A DNA stretch of 64,000 bases from Lytechinus pictus. Taxonomy: Eukaryota. The position numbers and the translations under genes are program-made. Location of the stretch: the NCBI RefSeq assembly GCF_037042905.1, contig NC_087245.1:32428001-32492000 (forward strand), read 5' to 3'. The notes below the pieces were generated by a model. That model was not told the DNA's origin. It did not search any database and saw only the letters and a program-made list of their open reading frames with translations. Shown here one piece after another: positions 59,691 to 64,000 of the stretch. The stretch's first letter is position 1. Each line of letters begins with the position of its first letter.

Positions 59691-61144
59691 GGCTATCATA
59701 CAATACGATTTCAGGGTGTTCATGATTGGAATTTGTTACCTTATGTTGTGAAAAATTCTTCAACTTTAACGAGATTCAAATGCTTATGTAAACAATTATT
59801 GTTTAAACGTTTGATGTGCACTGAGTAGAGGGCATTCTTTCTCCCTCTCGATCTCTATCTTCCCTCTTTCTTTCTTCCCTATCTCTCCTTTACTTTTTCT
59901 CTCCTCTATTTAACGAATGGATAAACAAAATTGCAAAAACACAAAATAAACTGATAAAGCAAGCGAGCAAGGCAAGACAAATAAATATTGATTCTAAATT
60001 GTATGTATATGACTGTGTGTGTATGTAGGTGAGGGGGAATGTGCCATCTTATCGGGTGATCGCATCCGATCAGGTCATATTTTCGCAATGTTTTGTGAAA
60101 ATTATAATCCCAATATCCATATTTCAAGGGGCAACTACTTCTTGCCCCCACCACCCCTCCGCTACGTACGTCCATGAAACAGAATAACACGTTAAATTTT
60201 AAATTCTCATCCATGCAATTCAGTGGCGCGGAGAGAATGAAGGAGGAGAAGTGTAAAAGGAAGAAGGAGGAGCAGAACAAGAAAAAAAAAAGGAGGAGAA
60301 AAGAAGAAGAATTAAAGAGAGGAAATAAGAAAAGAACAATGAAGCATATTTTACGCAATTCCCCTTCTCATCCCATCATCTTTCTTTATCCCATTAAAAT
60401 ATTTGCTTGTTTAAGTTTATTGAATGTATGAAAATTCTAGTTTTTGTCCCTTCAAAGATGAAGAGCGCATCTGGGCACAATGAATGGTTGATAGTTAAGC
60501 GATAAATTGCCGTTTTAAAACCTCAAGGAGTAAAGTCCACCGTGAACCATCTCCATCCCCGTTTCCGTTTGTCATCCCTGACCGGCTTATCCTTGAGAAC
60601 ATTAATGAAAAGTAATATATTAACTAATATTTGACAAGAAAAGAGAAACCGAAGGGTTTGCATAAAATCAATATGGATAAGTTATTGTCCGTAAAGCATT
60701 TTTAGTGAGGGGTGATTACGTCGGGGGAGATATATTCCGCGAGGGAGTTGTCTGCTAGGCCTATAGTTATATAACGGAGAAGTGTGTCTCGTCCAGGGGA
60801 ATTTTTCTTCAGCGGGGTTATCCACCCCGCCGAGTGGACCGGTCCACCAGGGGAGTTTTCCTCCGGACTTGTCATCTGCAGTTTGAGGGGGCTAGATATG
60901 GTGTACCGCATAAAAAAAGTTGAGAGCGAGTGAGCGAGCGAGCAAAAAATTCGAAATTTGTGATAGATTTTGACATAATATTAAGAAAAAGAATAGCATA
61001 TTTCAACTTCTATCTTTCTTTTTCTTTCCTTGGTCGTGATTTATTTATCTTCTTTTTTTTTTAGGGGGAGGGGAACCCCCCCCCCATCTGAACGCCAATG
61101 TTGAACAGGCTTTTTTATGTGCGTTGTTGCTAAGCGCTATGCAA

Positions 61145-62220
61145 GAGTGGCGTGACGATAAAAAGAAATGAGGGGGCACAGCATGGCGCGTGTGGCAAAA
61201 GTTTCTTAAAAATCCCGAGCGAGCGGAGCGTGCGATTTTTTTTCACCTATTCATTAAAATCTTACTTAGTGATAGATTTTGACATGAAATTCAGAAAATA
61301 ACATATCTGACACTTTTCCAGTCCTCTTCTTTCTTTCCTTCTTCTACTTCAGTGCCATGTGGATGGGGTCCGGGGGCGGAGCCCCCGAAACCTTACGAGC
61401 TTCAGCCATTTTTAACCTAAAAGATAACCATTTTCAATCAAACCACGCACATGTTTTTCAAAACACATTACTTCAACGCAGTGGCATTATCATATTAACC
61501 AAACGTTTTGAGGGGACACAACATGGGAAATGTGGGAAAATTTCTAGAACGCCCCGAGCGAGCGAAGCGATACATTTTTTCAGCCCTATGAAAATGAAAT
61601 TTTAATCATGTAATTGTCTATCCCTTGGCTGTGGACAATGACAATGCTTGGGTGGTACCTCTAAATTTCTAAACCTTTAATATTTTTGTCCTGATTACGA
61701 TCGTTATTGCACGAAATTTTAGCAAGCTATTACAGACTTCATACACATACGCACCCATTTCTTTCTTCCCGTTCTTTATTTTTCATCCTCCGCAGCCGGG
61801 CAGTGTTCTTATTTTTTTTCTCTCTCTCTTTTCCCCTTTTTTCAATTTATCTTTTCCGTTAGCATTTTTGCTCATTTCATTCTACCTTATTTCCCGTTTC
61901 TATTGGCCTCTTTTCTTTCCCTTTCCCGCCATTAATTCTCGTTCCAATTTGTCATTACCCCTTTCTCGCTCATTTTTTTGAAAGTAGAATTTCAGGATGA
62001 TTTAATTTATTCTTTCCCACATGTTCTTGTCTTCCTCCCCCCTTCCTTTCGTAGTTTCTTCTCTTTATATTTTTTATTTCCTTTTTCCTTTCCCTTTTCT
62101 TGTTTCCACTTTTTCTTCCATTTCTTTATCTTTCTTTCTCCCTATTCATTTTTCTCATTTTTTTTAAATCCTGATAAGCTCCGACCGGGGTATGACTGCC
62201 CTCTGCCTGTTACGCCACTG
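61145..62220. mobile_element. Probable non-autonomous element with AGTGGCGT...ACGCCACTG termini and internal CGAGCGAGCG motifs
   Basis: Terminal IR. Internal CGAGCGAGCG(G/A)AGCG at ~61215 and ~61555, and a GGGGGC-GGA-GCCCCC hairpin at ~61371. TSD not convincing. Confidence 0.45.
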
Positions 62221-63123
62221 CCTCCGCAGTAGTTTTGTCCCTAGGGAGATTTTAGAACCGAAGATACTAACTTCATGGAAATAATAGATTCAATCGGTAT
62301 ACCCTCCTTGTTTTCCCCAGTTAAAGTTTCTGTGAAAATAGAAAACGAGAAGTTCCATTGGTATCCCTCAACATCCACTAGCGTGGTGCTAGAAAGCTTT
62401 AAAAATACTAAAAATTCCTTAACAGAATATTAACCTTACCTCAGATAAGGATTGTATAGGCCTAGCTCCCCCCCCCCTACACAAAAAACCCACCAGAAAT
62501 CGAGTTACGATTATGAATACATGCATCTTGAGAATTACCAACAAACTGTTTAAAAAAAGGGTAAAATTACAAAACGTCCTTTGGTATTTCAATGTCAATT
62601 TACTCAATTACATAATAGGTTTTGAAATTGAAGTGCAAATAAATATCAAAATAATTGGTTCGATGTATTGTCAAACTATAAAGCACAGCAATTAGCAAAC
62701 TCATTTTCTCTTACAGGGTGCGACATAATATATATACTTATAATGACCGACATGCATTGTTGTAATTGTGACGTCATGCCCGACATGTATAGTCATACAT
62801 TTCAAACGCGGGCTTTCAGAAGCAAGTACGATAGCAATAGCATTTATCCCGCTGAAACAGTGAAGTGTTGAACATTCATCAGTAATTTGAATTAACTAAC
62901 ATGACTTGTGAATGTCATTATCATATGAATATCTTTCTCTTCATATCAATTTTGTCTACTTTGATTTTTCTATGACGGTCACCGTCCATTATGGGCACTG
63001 TGTTGAAAAAAAAAGAATAGTCCGTGTTTAGAAATTATGGAGTTTTAGTACCGCGGTGTTGAACGGATTCAAGAACATAGAAAATGTTTTGTCTACTTTC
63101 ATTCATGATAAAGAGCAACGAAG

Positions 63124-63355
63124 AAGTCTTTGTCGAGCATTGGTCAATCAAAACAGCAGTTTCGTCCTGGACTCTGGGCAACCGGCATATTTGCAGTATT
63201 CGTCAGTTTCGAAACTTAGGAAGAACATGCTGTTCCGCATCACCAATTTTGACAATGACCTCCCAGCTGTCTTTGTCATTTGACCGGCATTTTCAATGCA
63301 TTTACTGCGTTCTTGAATCCGTTCGGCGTCGTAGAGCGAAAACTCCTTATGTTTA
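63124..63355 (+). repeat. Interspersed repeat copy 3
   Basis: AAGTCTTTGTCGAGCATTGGTCAATCAAAACAGCAGTTTCGTCCTGGACTCTGGGC matches 52605 onward and the reverse strand near 8700. Confidence 0.75.
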
Positions 63356-63624
63356 TTGTACTAACTTTATGCAGAAGATCGATAGGCCTACACCACTTAA
63401 ATCCTGGAAAATCGATGTGCAGTTCTGGTTAACATTGTTTAACTGAGTTGCATGTGTTTTCATTTAGGACAACGCATGCATTTCAAGAAAGAGGCATTGA
63501 TTGGTTTTAATTTCAATACTGTACAATTCATAATCACATTTTCCCGAGTTTCCTCCTAATAGTCGAAATATAAATGACGCATACTGTGTAGAGATCGTAT
63601 ATCTCTGAAATCAAAGGAACAAGT

Positions 63625-64000
63625 TCATTTGCATAAAAAAAGAGAAAAGATCAATGAAATTTTGAGAACAAATCTGGACAAACAATAAAAAAGTTATGAG
63701 CATTTGAATTTCAAATCACTAAAGCTATGGAGATAAATTGGCGATATGACAAAGATTTATGAGTCACATAATTAAAACTCTCCCCGTTATACCATTAAAC
63801 ATATATTTTCCGCATTATAATGATTGCACAAACCCTTTGTTCGTGATATATTTTATGAAGCCTCTTGTACGTGTCCTCCGATGAAAGAAAACACAGGTCT
63901 GATAAATAGATAGACTTGATAAAAGTGATAATTTGAGTTGAATCATGTAGGGAAGTACTTGGGGAGTTGTACAAATGTGACAATTTGTACATACTCCCCA
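63625..64000. mobile_element. Diverged fragment related to the MITE at 56176-56759, running off the window edge
   Basis: AAGATCAA...AGTTATGAGCATTTGAAT...ATCACTAA...TATGGAGAT and AAAAGTGATAAT...GGGAGTTGTAC are shared. Confidence 0.6.

Noticed and set aside
59906..60431. Lys/Glu-rich and Phe/Leu-rich ORFs
   Set aside because: They arise from a purine-rich low-complexity tract.

Overview
AT-rich, repeat-dense eukaryotic genomic DNA, most likely from a sea urchin (echinoid). This is inferred from the actin sequence and intron layout, the frequent poly-G tracts and the repeat types. Three protein-coding genes are supported. (1) A complete 376-aa cytoplasmic actin (+, 3 coding exons, 1880-3518). 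(2) A 7-exon GH3-domain (GHDC-like) acyl-acid amido synthetase of about 640 aa (+, 49200-54552), which I assembled by hand with consistent splice phases. (3) A membrane-anchored UDP-glucuronosyltransferase with an intronless CDS (-, 57621-59228), convergent on the GH3 gene about 3 kb away. The roughly 45 kb between actin and GH3 has no convincing gene. It holds many non-autonomous DNA transposons/MITEs (TTAA-TSD Kolobok-like, TA-TSD Tc1/mariner and CAC-terminated, hAT-like, Harbinger-like), a tRNA-derived SINE and simple repeats. Most notable items: the GH3+UGT pair of small-molecule conjugating enzymes; a 2.7-kb foldback element whose right arm carries a Penelope-type minimal hammerhead ribozyme relic; recurring GAA-triloop hairpins with tandem G.A mismatches; and a probable solo LTR just upstream of the actin start exon. 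All family assignments come from reading the sequence; no database searches were run.
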